Below, piece after piece: positions 11,539-25,057 of a DNA stretch of 64,000 nt. Numbering within the stretch: position 1 is the first letter of the stretch; each line of letters starts with the position of its first letter. Position numbers and translations under genes: made by a program. The notes beneath the pieces were generated by a model. It saw nothing but the letters and a program-made list of their open reading frames with translations, made no database searches and was not told the origin of the DNA. The stretch is taken from the NCBI RefSeq assembly GCF_000143415.4, contig NW_003314267.1:703394-767393 (forward strand). Direction: 5' to 3'. The stretch comes from Selaginella moellendorffii. Lineage: Eukaryota > Plantae > Lycopodiophyta.

Positions 11539-12330
11539 ATGTCTCTCTTAGCAATTCTTATCTTCGCAATCCTAGGAAGAACTCACTGCTCAAGCCTGCT
11601 GAAAATCATGGTACCAGCATACATCTATCCATCTCCCAGCAATACTGCATGGCAGACCCTCACTACCCAAGCAGCCTAATTTCCATACTGCCTGGTTACA
11701 ATAATAAATCCCAATAATGGTCCTGGTACTTCTGTAATCTCAGACTACCAAAATGCCATCCAAGCTTTCAAGAATGCCCAAGGTCTCTTACTCGGTTATG
11801 TTCCCACAACATATGGCAACCGGGCATATGCAAATGTTATTTCTGATGTTGATAAATACTATAGCTTCTACCCCAATATCATTGGCATCTTTTTTGATGA
11901 GGCAAGCTCCAACAATGGCTCCCAAGGTTATTACCAGAACCTCTATAGATATGTGAAATCTAAGAGCTCATGTAGCTTGGTGGTGAATAATCCTGGGACA
12001 GCAACACTAGAATCTTATCTAATATATAATGGGTCACGAGTGACTGACGTGATCTGTGTCTTTGAGGGTAACAATACAGCACAAAGAGCTCTCGCTTGGA
12101 CTCAAGCTTCATGGACCAATAAATATGACCGAAGTAATTTCCTTGCAGTGGCTTACAATATCAGTAGTGGGGTTTACCAGAGTGTTATGGATCATGCTTA
12201 CTAGCAAAACACTGGATGGGTTTATGTTACTGATGATGGTGGCAATAATCCTTATGATAATATTCCACCTTATTTTGCAAACCAAGTAGCTTATGCAAGT
12301 ACTTATTCAAAGAACCAGAATTGTCCATAG
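11539..12330 (+). pseudogene. Spherulin-4 / GH135 (Sph3-like) secreted glycoside hydrolase with two in-frame stops
   Basis: One intronless frame of 263 codons: signal peptide, IMVPAYIYP, IINPNNGPG, LGYVPTTYG, GIFFDEA, VVNNPGT, ICVFEG, GWVYVTDD, NPYDNIP. Stops at TAA 11677 and TAG 12202. TATA-like TATATAA at about 11459. Confidence 0.85.
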
Positions 12331-13055
12331 AATATTATATAATGAGATAGATCGGTAGAGATGGATGTATAAAGGTCACCCCATGGGGCATCAGATCTAT
12401 GTACATATTTCCTAATATTGGCAAAGTTATTGCATGTTGTTGTTGTTGCTTCTAGAATGTCTTGAAGCTTGCTTAAGGTGGGTGACAAATTATTGTTGGG
12501 TAAAATGCAATTCATCAAGCCTGTAGGGTGGATGTTTTGATGATGAACTACATCTAGTCAAATTTCACATTTACTAATTAATTACCTTTTCTTGTAAAGT
12601 ATGGGCATTCTTAGATGATGATCTATTTCATTGCACACTAGAAAAGCATCCAACCTTTTATATTTGAAACTTATTTTGGAGGGACAGTAGCATTGGAGTA
12701 AGGAGTGATTTTATTGGAAACTAACCTCAAGTTAATTTAAAAACATAATGGGTCTATATTAATCCTAGATGCATATAGTAAGTTTTGATTCAAATTCTGT
12801 GAGTAAATTTTTAATGTTTGAATCTTGTTGTGGTGTCAAAATACACTTTATCCAATATAAGGAAATGACAAATACATAACAATGTAAGTCAATGCTATAG
12901 AAGTTTATGGCTTAATTTCCTCATATTTTTCCAATGGGGCTACTATTGTTGACTATGATGGAGGCAATAGGCTATTCTACCTCTCCATTTTGGGACTTGA
13001 GTTTTCTATATTTTACTTATATTGAACATGCTTAACCTTTAGATTTAATACTATT

Positions 13056-13243
13056 TGTGAGTGCATGGAATATAAAAAGGGAATACAAAAAATATGCATA
13101 TCAATTAGCCCAAAAACCCTAACTTATATACATGAGCGATTGATTTGGATTGAAACTAATTCAACAGCTACTAAAATCTCACTACACTAAATCTACACTA
13201 AATATTAATATATGGCATCGTAGCTGTACACTTGGACCTCACA
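13056..13243 (-). repeat. 3' LTR of the gypsy element
   Basis: TG...CA ends, directly after the PPT, homologous to 23995-24170. Confidence 0.85.
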
Positions 13244-15205
13244 TCACCCCCTCCTCTCAAAATAATAGAAGACTATTAAGGTTCTCTTGTGGATGGGCCA
13301 GGATTTGGAAGAACGTTAGGAGGAAGCATTGGCAGATATATAAGTAGTATTAATTGTTCTTGATCCTTTTGTATAAAGCATTTCAACTGTTGCACATATA
13401 TAATTTTTGGAGGATTGGCTTATTGAATGTCATGCCAAACTTCATAAATTTGTGGTCCAACTTGTTGTAACACCCGATATGGTCCTTATCACTAAGCAAG
13501 GAGCCTCTTAAATAAACCATATACCGTAAGATGGAAAAAACAGACTAACACCAAGTCATCCACTTTAAACTTTGCAGGTGGACGATAATGGGAGTTGTAG
13601 CGCCATTGTTGTCCCACTTGTACATATTTTAAGTGTTTGGCAAACTCCGTTCAGACAAGTGGAAGAATGCTCATCAAACACTGATCCCATGACTTAGCAT
13701 CGGCAATTTGTGGCAATCGTAAAGGTAAACCCAACTTCATTGGTAATATTGGATCATAATTATATAGGAGTTTATATGGTGAAGTATCAGCAAAACTTTG
13801 CACCCCTATAACATATGCATACCGAAGAGATGCCAAATAACCATCTCAATCCAAATGCTGAAAGTTTATATACTTCACAATCATTCCTTTGAATATCCGA
13901 ACAAGCCGTTCCACCAAGTTTTTTGATTGTGAATGATAAGCATTTGTGAAAGTGTGGTATATCCCCAATCGAGATGTTAAAATATGAAATGCCTTAGCCA
14001 TAAATGCAGGACCATTATCTGAAAGGATCTGCTTCGGATAAAAATGCTGGAACACCACTCGATTAAGGAGGAAGTATCTAACAGTAGTTGCAAAGATGCT
14101 AGCAAGAGCACGAACTTCCACCTAACGAGTTAAATAGTCAGAAGCAATAATAACATATTCATTGTTAGTAGTCGATCGTGGAAAAGGTCCTATAAAATCA
14201 AATGCCACAAACTCAAATGGATGGAAAATTGCAATTGATTCTAGTCATCCTTCTGTAGCACAAGGGGGAGTATTACGAGTTTGGCACTAAACAGAGTTAC
14301 ACATATACTGGATAACATCACTTCATATCTCTAGCCAATAGAAAGACTTGTGCAACTTCTCGGTCACATGATGATGTCCCATATGCCCATCTAGAACTGG
14401 AGAATCATGATAAGCATAGAGAAACTGTGGAATAAAGATGGAAGGCACCACCAACCGTAAATGACCATCAGAATCCATCCCCATAAAATAAAGAAAGCCA
14501 TTTTCAACATGATATTGAGATATAAATGCCAAAATGGCAAGTCATTAGTAAGTGATGTAGGATTCTCAAACCCATCTCGAAGCCTTTGAATCCATGGCTC
14601 AAGCTTTTGAGCCTTGCGAACCTCATCAAGAGAAGGTAGGTTTTGTTCTGCATCTTGTGGACATTGAACGTTATGTACAACAACCATCGACAGCATAGAA
14701 TCCTCATTTAAAAAATCCACAAATGCTGGAATAAGAGACTCGTCAGAAATATGAAAAGAGAGTGAAAAAGGAAGAAGAGCTTGAGAAAGGGCATTAACAT
14801 TAGCCATAGAACTATCTAGGCAATGAATAACATCAAAATTATATATTTGAAGCTTCAAAGTCCACTGAGAAGTACAACCAACTAGGTTCTTCTACTTCAA
14901 AATGAAGTAACGGCAGCATGATCACCTTTTAGGAACATCCGAGAACTATGTAGATATGCATGAAGTTTATCGAAACCTGAGACTCTTGGCAAACACTTCT
15001 TCTCTGTTGTGGAGTAATTCACCTCCACTGATTGTAATGTACCACTTATATATGCAATGGGATGGCGCTAACTAGGCACACTTGGGCTCTCTTGCATCAA
15101 CACTCCTCCAAAACTAATATTAAAAACATCTACATGCAAAATGAAAGGTTGAATGTAGTCAGGATATGCCAAAATCGAAAGAGTTGTTAATAGCTTTTTG
15201 AGATC

Positions 15206-18200
15206 GAGCTTTTAGTCCAAACGTGCTATGCTCGTTTGGCTTTCGCTTCGACCACTACCACATGGCACCCTTTCAGCTCCTCTTTGGGGCCTAGGGATTT
15301 TATGTCTCACATTATCTTGGGTACTATATTTCTCATGAGGGTTTGTAAGTTGATCTTAAGAAATTTATGGTTGTTCTAAAGTTTCCTACTTTGAAGTCTA
15401 TGAATGATGTGTAGCTCTTCTTGGGCAAAGTGCAGTATCTCAGTTATTTTGTGGATCATTTTTTTGATCGTACTACACTATTGCGAGCATTGTTGAAATC
15501 ATCAACTTATCTTTCATTTGGTCTCCAAATTATGAGTGAGTGTTCATGTGATTTGGAAAGTTGAGAGCAGGAGTGGAACTGCCAACAAAGGGCTCGAGGA
15601 ATGAGCACGGAGTAAGCAATAAGTAAGTCTCTAAAAAAAGGGGAAACAAAAGGACCAACATATGACATGTGGAAGGAGTCCAAGATGGAGTCTGAGATAG
15701 ACCTAAGATGGAGTCTGAGATAGACCCGAGATGGAGTCCAAGATGGAGTCTGAGATGGACCTGAGATGGAGTCCGAGATGGATCCGAGATGGAGTCCAAG
15801 ATGGAGTCCGAGATGGACCCAGGATGGAGTCTGAGATAGACGCGAGATGGAGTTTGAGATCGACCTGAGATGGAGTCCGAGATGAACCCGAGAAGGAGTC
15901 TGAGATGGAACCGAGACCGAGATCGAGATCGAGATCGAGGCTGAGTCTGAGTTTGAAACCAAGACCGAGTCCGAGTCTAAGTTTGAGTCCGAGTACTAAT
16001 ACAGGCTGTTGGGCAAAAGCCCAAAGCGATCATCCCCCAGAAGGGGGGGGGGGGGGAGGGGGGTTGTAGTGGGTTCCAAAAGTATAGTAGGGAGAGTGTG
16101 GGGGTTGAACCCCAATAGAGCCAGTTTCGCTAGGAAAGGCTAGTTTGGCCCAAGAAGGTTGTACCCAGGTGTTGGGTGATGGGATAACCACTGGGAAGTC
16201 CAAGGCTAGAGTGAATACGGATTGACAAGTGGGGTAGCTTGGTGAAGTGTTCAAGAGCCGACTCTAGTTCCCCTAGAAGATCGAATGGTCGATACTCCCA
16301 GTTCAAGTGTGGGTGGCACTACCTACTTGGATACCTGGTGTGGCTTAACAGAACCTCACTTTAAACCCATGGCTAGAGCACCCAAAGGTGGAAGGCGGGG
16401 AGAGTACTCACGAGGCTTGCATAAGGTTATGGTGTTCCGAAATGTTGTCTCAAAGTCCAAGACTATGGAAAGGAAGATGAGCAATCCTCTAATGTACTGA
16501 CCAAGGATACAGTCATGTGGTGAGGAAGTCCCAAAGGACCGTAGGACTTAGTGGTCGGGCCTATGGGCCTTGATCCAAAGGCAGTGTTGGCAAATATGGC
16601 TATGGATAGAAAGGGACTTGGTGGGGACCAGAAAAGGGATATTGGGGAAGGCTATTCCCCATGTCTACGGGCATCCTAAAAATGCTAAAGAGTGGATCTG
16701 GGATGATCACTCATGGATGGATGACTCAGTCTTTGAGAGACGGGACTGTGATGTAGGTGGTGTTAGACCACCAATGTGACCAAGGTGAAGGGGTATAGCC
16801 TTAGCGTAATGGGCTGATATGTCAGTGGTACTTTGAGATGTCGGTCATGAGATTGGACACATGGAGCACTTGGACCAAGTGCAAAGGCTAAGTGGCAAGG
16901 ATGCTATTCTTGGGGCTAGCAAGTCCCTAAGTTTGAAATAGGACTTATGGAGGTTATGAGTGAGACTCGTCCAAGTGATCGAAGGCGTGGTTAAGTTGAC
17001 TAAAGTAAAATGGAAAATTTAGTCATTTACAATTTGGTATCGGACCTATTCCTTAGTCTGATTTTTATTGGTGCTCAAGTATATCACCACTGGTGTTGGC
17101 ATCAAAAGGTCTTAGGAGTGGGCATATCCTTAGGGAGTAGCAAGTTGGGAAGACATGGCTCTCCACTATAGTTCATGTGTGAAATTGTAGACAAAGTGGT
17201 AGATAGAAAAAGGGCCAATAATAGAATAACTTTGGGATCTTGGGAACAGTATAAGGTTTTCCTCAGAGAGTTGAGGATGTGATCCAAATGAGCATTTGGC
17301 TTAGCAAACTGGCTAATGTAGTTGTGGTAAAAAACTATAGTTAGGATCACGGGAAAGATAGAGACTCCAAAACAATAAAGGAGTCACTGTAAGGAACCAA
17401 CTCCCCAAGGTGTTGTAGGCTAAAGGATCCCTAAAAGAATGACCGAAATGACAAAGAGTTCATCGAATAGGACCATCAAGACCGAGTCCGAGATCGGGTC
17501 CGAGATCGGGCCCACCCAAGAAAGTGCTTAAAAGCAGCTCCCACTCCCAAAAGGGAAACCAACTACGGTGTTCCCGGCTCATGTAGAGTGGTGCCCCACT
17601 TGAGTACCTTATGGCTCATTGGTCCTTGCCTTTCCTAGGGGTTTGGGCCTTCCCTTCAGGATGGAAGTGGTGGGGTAGAGATACCCATACTGGGCCATTA
17701 GGCCACGGTGTTTTGCCTCAGTATCCCGAAGCAAGTGTTGCATCCAAGGCTTGATTTAGAGGGTCCCATAATCAAGCTTTGTTGTACCAAGGGGTGTTAG
17801 GAACTTGGAGGCTTGGTGTGCTTAGCTGCTTGTGCCCGCGGGGAGTGTAGCTGAGCTTTAAGTCCAGTCTAACCCAGGGAGGGGGATTAGGAGAGATTTG
17901 GGAATTTGTGGATGGATGGCTAATGCTCTATTGCTCGTGCAGTGAGTAGTTGAAACCAAGTAGGAGCTGGTACAATAGGCGAGAACCTTGGCGAGGGAAC
18001 TTAGCAAAAGCCAAAGCAGTGTTGGTCGGATAGACGAAGTAAGCTGGCAAATTGGAAAGAAAAAATTTGTGACTTACAGTTATAAGATTATCCTCATATA
18101 GTTGAGGCTGGTGCTCATGAATTTGATATCGGAATTAATAACTGTGAGAGGTCAAATACGGATGAGAACACGAGTCCTTGAAATGGTAGCCGGGGCTACC

Positions 18201-21200
18201 TTTTATAAATGCTAGAACAAACCCAAGGAGTTCGGGGTGTGCTTAGAGGATGAGATGGCTCAAGTAAAGTCAAGGAATGGTCCTAAGGGATTGGTAAAAA
18301 CATTTGGACTGAGATGTGTTGTGCCCCACGGAGGATGGGGAGGATCATAAGATCCAAGTATGAAAATAGTGGGTATCTCAATGATAGAAGAATATGTCAT
18401 ACTAAAGTCGTGGGAAAGGTGTTCCCAGAAGAAAACAACTTTGACACAAAGTTGTGTGTAAACTCTATGGTGCAATGCTAACAGATAGTTGGCATAAGAA
18501 AGAATTGTATTGGTCTTGGCAAAGACCTAGACACAAGTAAGAAGTGTCATAAAGGTAGGCTCGTGTAGCCGATAGTGTGAAGACACCGAATGTGCCAAAG
18601 CGTGATGCCTTGAGGTCAAGTTGGCAAGTTCATAAGAACCCCTTCCCAAAGGAATCCTAACGAAAATGGGAATGGCATAGTCTACGTTGGAAGGCATGCA
18701 ATTAGAATGTGGTGATCTAAATAATGATGGAGGTGTGAAAACACTAGCAATGAGTTGTAAAATTGAACAACTATGAAGTAACTAAGCAAAAGGTGTAAAA
18801 TAATTCATTAAACTGGTAGAAGGTACCTAAGACTTCTTATTGGGATAAAAAAAATAAATATACCTTTGTAGGGGATAAATTGCTTATGTTGTGATATAGT
18901 AAATCAATGTCGTAAAAGAAATGTTCATTATCAAAGAGGTTATCATTGAGACACTCAAGCACTCTAAAACACCAAGAGGTGGTGTTTAGTGTCGTGAAGG
19001 CAATAGATAAGGCCTAAGGGACTAAGCCCCTAGTGAATGATAGATAAGAAGTGTTATCCAAATGTCCAAGGTTGCTGAGACAAAAGAAGTTTATCTACCC
19101 GAATTGGACAAAGCCAAGAATGGGGATTTAGCAAGGGTAGTAATGCGCATATATAGGCCTATAAGTAGCAATGTTAATCCCGATGTGTAGGATTATAAGG
19201 TGAGCATACCTAAATTAAACAACTACTCCCTAGACTATTAGGTAGGTTCATCCCTATAAATACTTGTTAAAGCATGGTAGAAAGTGCAAAGTTATCCTCC
19301 TAGTCTAAAGGAAAATAACCGAAGGAAATGTGTGAGGCCAAAAGCAAGTAGTAAAGGGATAGAACCAAACCATAGAAATCGACAAGCATAAAGTAATACT
19401 AGCATGTATTACCCTTTCCATCCTTGGCATCTAACCAATATTCATCAATGGTTTGACACTGAAGGCTCACCATGCTTTGTCCATCCTCTAAGGAGCATAG
19501 TCTTTCCAACATAAAGACTGATTCGACCACCCGTGGTGGTTCTCTCACTTTTATTGATTTAGTTCTTGCTAAACTTGTTAGAGACATTTTTTCTTTCTCA
19601 ATCCTGCTACCCATTCTTGAGTAGTTTTGGTTTCCATTGATATAACCTTTGCACTTTGGAACTTTTAATTTTGACTTTTCGAAGTCAATTTCCTGGATGT
19701 TTCCAACACTTTGCATGGCATATATCATGCACATGCCACTTTCCCCTCCTAGGAAGTTCTCTACTTGAGGACACCATCATCCTCTTTTCTATCTTTTGCC
19801 CTCTTTGGCACTAAATTCCAGTTATTATAATTTTTGTAGGGTTGTTTATGGCTCTATCATTTGGCTACTTTGCCACTCCGTGCCTGGGAGTTTTCACTTC
19901 TCCAAATTGGAGCACTTGGGAATCCATCCTTGGAAGTACACTTCCTTTCCCACAATCTATTATCATTCAACACATTAGTGTTTCTCGACTAACTTTGCCA
20001 TTTGGATTCTCTCCAATGAATTTTATGTCCCAAAATTGGCCACTAGTCTTTTCCTTCTATTCGTTGATTGTTGCATCAAGCAACATAGGCTCATTACCTC
20101 CATCCTTGGGGTATTCTTTCGGTTCCATGGCAAAGGCTCCACTTTACCAAGTCCAGAGGGTGCTCACCCATAATAAGTCTCTTTAGCATTCTTTGTTATG
20201 GGCTCTATCCATAGCCCAACTTCACAACCCTTTCATGGGTCTTTCCTAGAGACTAGTTCCTTAGACTTACTATACCATCACATTGACACTACTGATTTCC
20301 CTTTTTGGTGTCTTTCCCATTTGGTCATTTTGACTAAGTCACGCCATTACCAACAGTTCAAATTATCACTTTGAACTAGGAATCTTATTCCTTAACCAAA
20401 CAAGAACCTTATCTTTATTTAGCCACAAGATCACCTAGTGATTTCACCTTGGTCACCTTGACAAGTTTGCTAATAAGTACTAAGTCTTCCAAATCGTTAA
20501 CTTGTTGACCATGACCCTGAGAGCATCCCCCACACTTAGTGGTGCACCCAAGTTAGCCCTTTCGACCAAGGGTCCATAGCAACTAAGATTGGGTGTCCCC
20601 ATCTCATTCACCACGTCCTTGGTGCTACTTACAGTATGTTGAGCTTTCACACAAAACAATCTAACCATGCATCACGACTCTAGGGCATCCCCCACTTGGC
20701 GGTGTGCTCAAGTTAGTCTCCTTACTAAGAGTCCATGACCATTGAAAAATGAGTGTTCTTATATTCCAAACCATCACCTCGCCCTAGTGAGTTGGGACTC
20801 GAACCCAAGCACTAGAGGGTTAGGACTCAAACCTAACCTCCATATATGCATTTATGGATGGCATCACATAGGATGCCTAACGTGGCTCCCTACGCCGGTG
20901 CACCAACTTATACTTAAAGCGCACTACAAATCACAGCTTAGGAATTTAGTTCCTTTATACTACCAAGTCCTCTCACTTGACAAGTCTGTGATCATAAATG
21001 AACTCCTCTATGCTTGGCCCCATGGGCCATCCCTTTTGAAGTTAGCACCTTCAACTAGGGGATTTGTTCCCCTGACTTGCCAATCTCACTTAGCAAGTCA
21101 TCCAACCAACGTAACATAGTTTCATACAGAAGTGTGAAAGTCCTTGACCATTGACTTTAGTTCAAAGCCATCCCTTTAAACATTCAAGAACTACTTCCCC

Positions 21201-21892
21201 AACCTTGATAGCCTTGCCTTATGGCAAGCTTCAAGGCCATGCTTCTGCTATGCCACTCTGATTTCGTGCATTTTATGAATCATTTACACTTGGCTTTCTA
21301 GGTACTAAGCTACTTAGAATTGTCTTTAGGAACCTTGAAGGAACTCTGTCCTTTAACTTGCTAAGGCTTCTTCTTTCACAAGCTTTTTAATTACCATATG
21401 GTCTAACATGGATAATTCTATGCTTTAGACTCTCCATGGCATCACGGTTGCTAGTAACAATATGCTCAAGCACCCACTTGATTCTCCACTCCCAACTTAC
21501 ATAATTACCCTTGGTTACACATGCCTAATAATAACCTAACACATTTCAAATTCTCATTAGCCATTGGAATATCAACTTGATTTTTTCTGGTCCAAGTTTA
21601 AGAAAGCCCCCCCCTGGCCCCCCCTCTTGTCACTTTATATTGTATATAAAATAGTTTATCATTCAATAACGACATCGAACTTCGTCTATGGGTGGTGGAG
21701 TTGTGAGACATAAAATCCCTAGGCCCCAAAGAGGAGCGAAAGGGTGCCACATGGTAGTGGCCGTAATGAAAACTAAACAAGCATAACATATTTAGACTAC
21801 AAGCTCTAACTTGGAAAATTGAGAGCGGGAGTGGAACTCTCAACAAAGGGCTCAAGGAATGAGCATGGAGCAAGCAATAAGTAAGTCTCTAA
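15206..21892 (+). mobile_element. Nested LTR retroelement, probably non-autonomous, inserted into the host RT
   Basis: The LTR starting TGTGAGACAT at 21702 follows a purine-rich tract and runs into the gap. It matches 15206-15311 (inverted) plus 15550-15632. Putative 5' LTR end at 17031 with a Met-type PBS-like TGGTATCGGACC at 17035. Confidence 0.7.
15675..15995 (+). repeat. 12-bp tandem repeat (GAGATGGAGTCC-like) inside the LTR
   Basis: More than 20 degenerate units, decaying to 6-bp GAGATC/GAGTCC units. A few similar units recur near 17480-17510. Confidence 0.9.
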
Positions 21893-21992
21893 NNNNNNNN
21901 NNNNNNNNNNNNNNNNNNNNNNNNNNNNNNNNNNNNNNNNNNNNNNNNNNNNNNNNNNNNNNNNNNNNNNNNNNNNNNNNNNNNNNNNNNNN
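21893..21992. other. Assembly gap (100 N)
   Basis: Run of N. Confidence 1.
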
Positions 21993-23994
21993 AAATAAAT
22001 ACTCCTATCAGGCTTTCATCACAAGATGAGGTTCACATGCCCAGGGACTGCACAAGTTTCAAATAACACCCTTTTCCAATATCTTTTTGACATTTGCACG
22101 TAAAATCTTGATCTCTTTATATGACTGATAACAAACATGAATCTTGATTGGATGAGCATCCCTAATTGGAATCGGATGACATGTGGCAATCTTGGCCTTA
22201 GACGATAGATCAAATTCAAATAGATTAGCATACTCCTTCATGAGTTGGTCAACTACTACAACACAAATACTATCGAAAGGATCGGAAAAGGGAAGAGCGG
22301 AAAAAGATAGAAACATAGGAGGAAGTCGTGGGGAGACAAAAGTAATGGAAGCAAAGGGATGAAAAAGTACGGAAGTGAGAGGAATGAATAAAATATAAGG
22401 AAGTATAAAATGAGCGAGAAAAGCCTCAAAATCATACTTGGCATGATTGCACTGGAACTAATCCATACCAAAATGAGGTCAAAAGCTTAACTCGACACCA
22501 CCCACAATGACTACAACCCAAGCTTGAGATCACCCACACACACAACTAGGTCCACCTCATCCTGTGCACATGCATGTGTATGGCCATTGCTATAAAGAAT
22601 GAAAACTGGCTCCGGTGCACAATGCAAATGTAAATAGCAATGTGTGGTAACATGTTAAGCAATAGAAGATAAACTCGAACCTGTATCAACCAACACAGAG
22701 AGAATCATAGGAGACCTTTTGTTATAAAAATGATCTTAGAGAATAAATACTGGATGAACTGGTGCCAAGTGAACCTCTTGATGAAACTCCCAAAAGAAAG
22801 ATAGAGGGATCACTGACTTATTCATGCAAGATCTCTTCGTTACTTGTGCAACTCTTTGTTTCCCAAATGCATCTCAGTATCTTGACCTTCTACTTCAGCA
22901 GCATGAATAAGATGTTATGAACGCCAAGGTCTCCATCTAGGAAATGGAGGTTGCCAATCTGGAAAAATGTCGACAATGCCGATAAGTGTGACAAACTTCA
23001 TCACACGTGCAACAGCGAACATTATGACCACAACCACATCCTCGCTTTTATCCTTGAACTCGAGTAGCAGTAGCATCAACCTCTATTAGAATAGCACCAT
23101 TCCATAAAGTGGAGTTGAAGGACATGCAGCAAGAAGTGGAAAAGAAGACATCTCATAATGTTATACCAATCAAAGAGCATTATCAAGGGTGGCTAGAATA
23201 AGTGCATGCAAAAGTCTGACAAGATCTTGATGAAGGGTTGGCCATAACAATTTTAGCTTGATTTGCTCCTATATATTTGGCTCCATACGAAGTAAGAAAC
23301 TTTGGAAACGAAAGCCAAATTACATTACTGACTTAGAGGGCCTTTGACGAAGACGATGCAATTGTTGGAAGGTGTCATCATAATCATTGGTATATCCAAA
23401 TGCATATTTGAAAATGTCCGAAAAAACACTCAAATCCCCACAAATGGTTGCACTAAAACCATTGTACCACTATAATGCCATCCTTTAAAAACATGTGGGA
23501 AACTTATACAAATGTCAAGCATCATCCCAAAAATGATATATGGTAATCACCATGAAGTGATCAAATTAATGGTACATATCATCCCTAAGATTCCCACAGA
23601 AGAATTCCGGCCAAACATGAGGATTGGCACCAAGAGCAAGAAGAGTTGTACCATATATCGTGAATGCCACTATCAACTAAGTTTGGTTGTTCAATTACAA
23701 ACACATAGCATCAAACATTTGCACTAACTATTGCTCCAAAGTCAAAGGAAGAGGAGACTATTGTTTTTCCATGAAGATGAATGAAAAAGAAAAAGTAAAA
23801 AAAGAGAAATGAAAAAAAAAATTAAAAGGAAAGGGAGATCTAGACAATGCAAAAGTTAAATCTAAACCAAAATCCTGAAAGGAAAAAATAAAAGAAAGGA
23901 AATAGAAAAAGATGATACAAAAGTTAAATCTAAATCAAAATCCCAAATCTAAAACTCCTCAGGAACAATCAAAAGTGCCCCTAATCTTTATTAA

Positions 23995-24170
23995 TATGAG
24001 TGCATGGAATATGGAAAGGGAATACAAAAAATATGCATATCAATTAGCCCAAAAACCCTACTTTATATACAAAAGTGAGTGGTCTATATTGAAATCAATC
24101 CCATAGCTACTAAAATCCCACTATGCTAATATTAATATATGGCATTGTAGCTGTACACTTTGACCTCACA
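23995..24170 (-). repeat. 5' LTR of the gypsy element with adjacent degenerate tRNA-Ala PBS
   Basis: Homologous to 13056-13243. It is followed on the minus strand by TAATAAAGATTAGGGG, close to TGGTGGAGATGCGGGG. Confidence 0.82.
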
Positions 24171-24858
24171 CATTTTAATTTATCAATATGTTTTTTTTAA
24201 TTACCTTAGTGTCTTGGTGAGCCAAGAGCATGAAATTATGCAATGAAATCAAATATAGGGTGCTTTTACTACTCATTTTACAACTTATGGTCAATATAAA
24301 AGCTGGGAAATTGAAATGCATTCCCATTTTGTGTCAAGTGTAAAGCTTTTCATTATTTTTTTTTTCTTTGATTCAGCCATTTCCAATGTTGAGAGTGTAA
24401 AGAATAATTAAAAGTAATGTAGCAATGCTTAAAATAGATATTATATACTTTCAAATGGAAGTTTACTGATCACTAGCACCTAAAGAAAATGAAGTACTTG
24501 GTAAGAGTCAAGCAGTGTAAAAGATAATATAAACTAAATGTTCTAGTATCAATCCTTCTATTATCTTCTTCTTGTAGATTTTCTTAATACAAAATTCTTT
24601 GAGTGGCTAGAAAATTCATAATAAGCTATATGTTATAATAATACATACTAACAAGCAAACAAAGAAAAAAAATATTTATATATTATAATAATATATTATT
24701 GAATCTCAATTATTATAGACTAGCAAAGAATCTAGCTACACTAGACTAAATGGAAATAAATATTTTAAAAATTTTAATAGGATAGAAATGATAATATTTA
24801 TGATCTCATCTTGATGATAAATCTAAACCCACAAATATATATAATAAAATAATTTTTT

Positions 24859-25057
24859 AGTGTGTACAACTATGATGTTGTACACTAATATTAACAGCCA
24901 TACACTAAAATTAGTTTTAGGTTTGATAATCGTTAGATTGGTTTCAATCTGGATTACTTGCTCATGTATATAAACTAGGGTTTTTGGGTTAATAGATATG
25001 CACATTTTTGTATTCTCTTTCTATATTCCATGCATTTATATTAGTGGAAATGAGGGG
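24859..25057 (+). mobile_element. Third LTR copy of the same gypsy family, opposite orientation, with PBS
   Basis: TAGGGTTTTTGGGTTAATAGATATGCA...TATTCCATGCATTTATA followed by TAGTGGAAATGAGGGG. Confidence 0.8.

Larger units (their letters stand above)
13056..24170 (-). mobile_element. Degenerate Ty3/gypsy LTR retrotransposon, split by a nested insertion and an assembly gap
   Basis: Short LTRs at 23995-24170 and 13056-13243. Degenerate tRNA-Ala PBS and a PPT (GAGAGGAGGGGGTGA). Domain order: protease (VLVDTGSS, about 22690), RT (about 22000-22300 and 15312-15548), RNaseH (LAYPDY), integrase (GHMG zinc finger, SDNGPAF). TSDs do not match clearly. Confidence 0.85.

Noticed and set aside
11677-12204. 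Stop repair by U-to-C editing or readthrough in the spherulin-like gene
   Set aside because: Such editing is organellar in plants. The locus is nuclear and lies in a C>T-eroded block, so pseudogenisation is the simpler explanation.
11539-12330. Microbial contamination as the source of the spherulin-like gene
   Set aside because: It is contiguous with plant genes and TEs, has a MITE-bearing paralog, and shares the local mutation bias.
15507-15962. Repetitive ORFs (SISDSIS / HLGLHL), or a CRISPR-like array
   Set aside because: Translation of a 12-bp tandem repeat in an LTR. There are no unique spacers and the context is eukaryotic.
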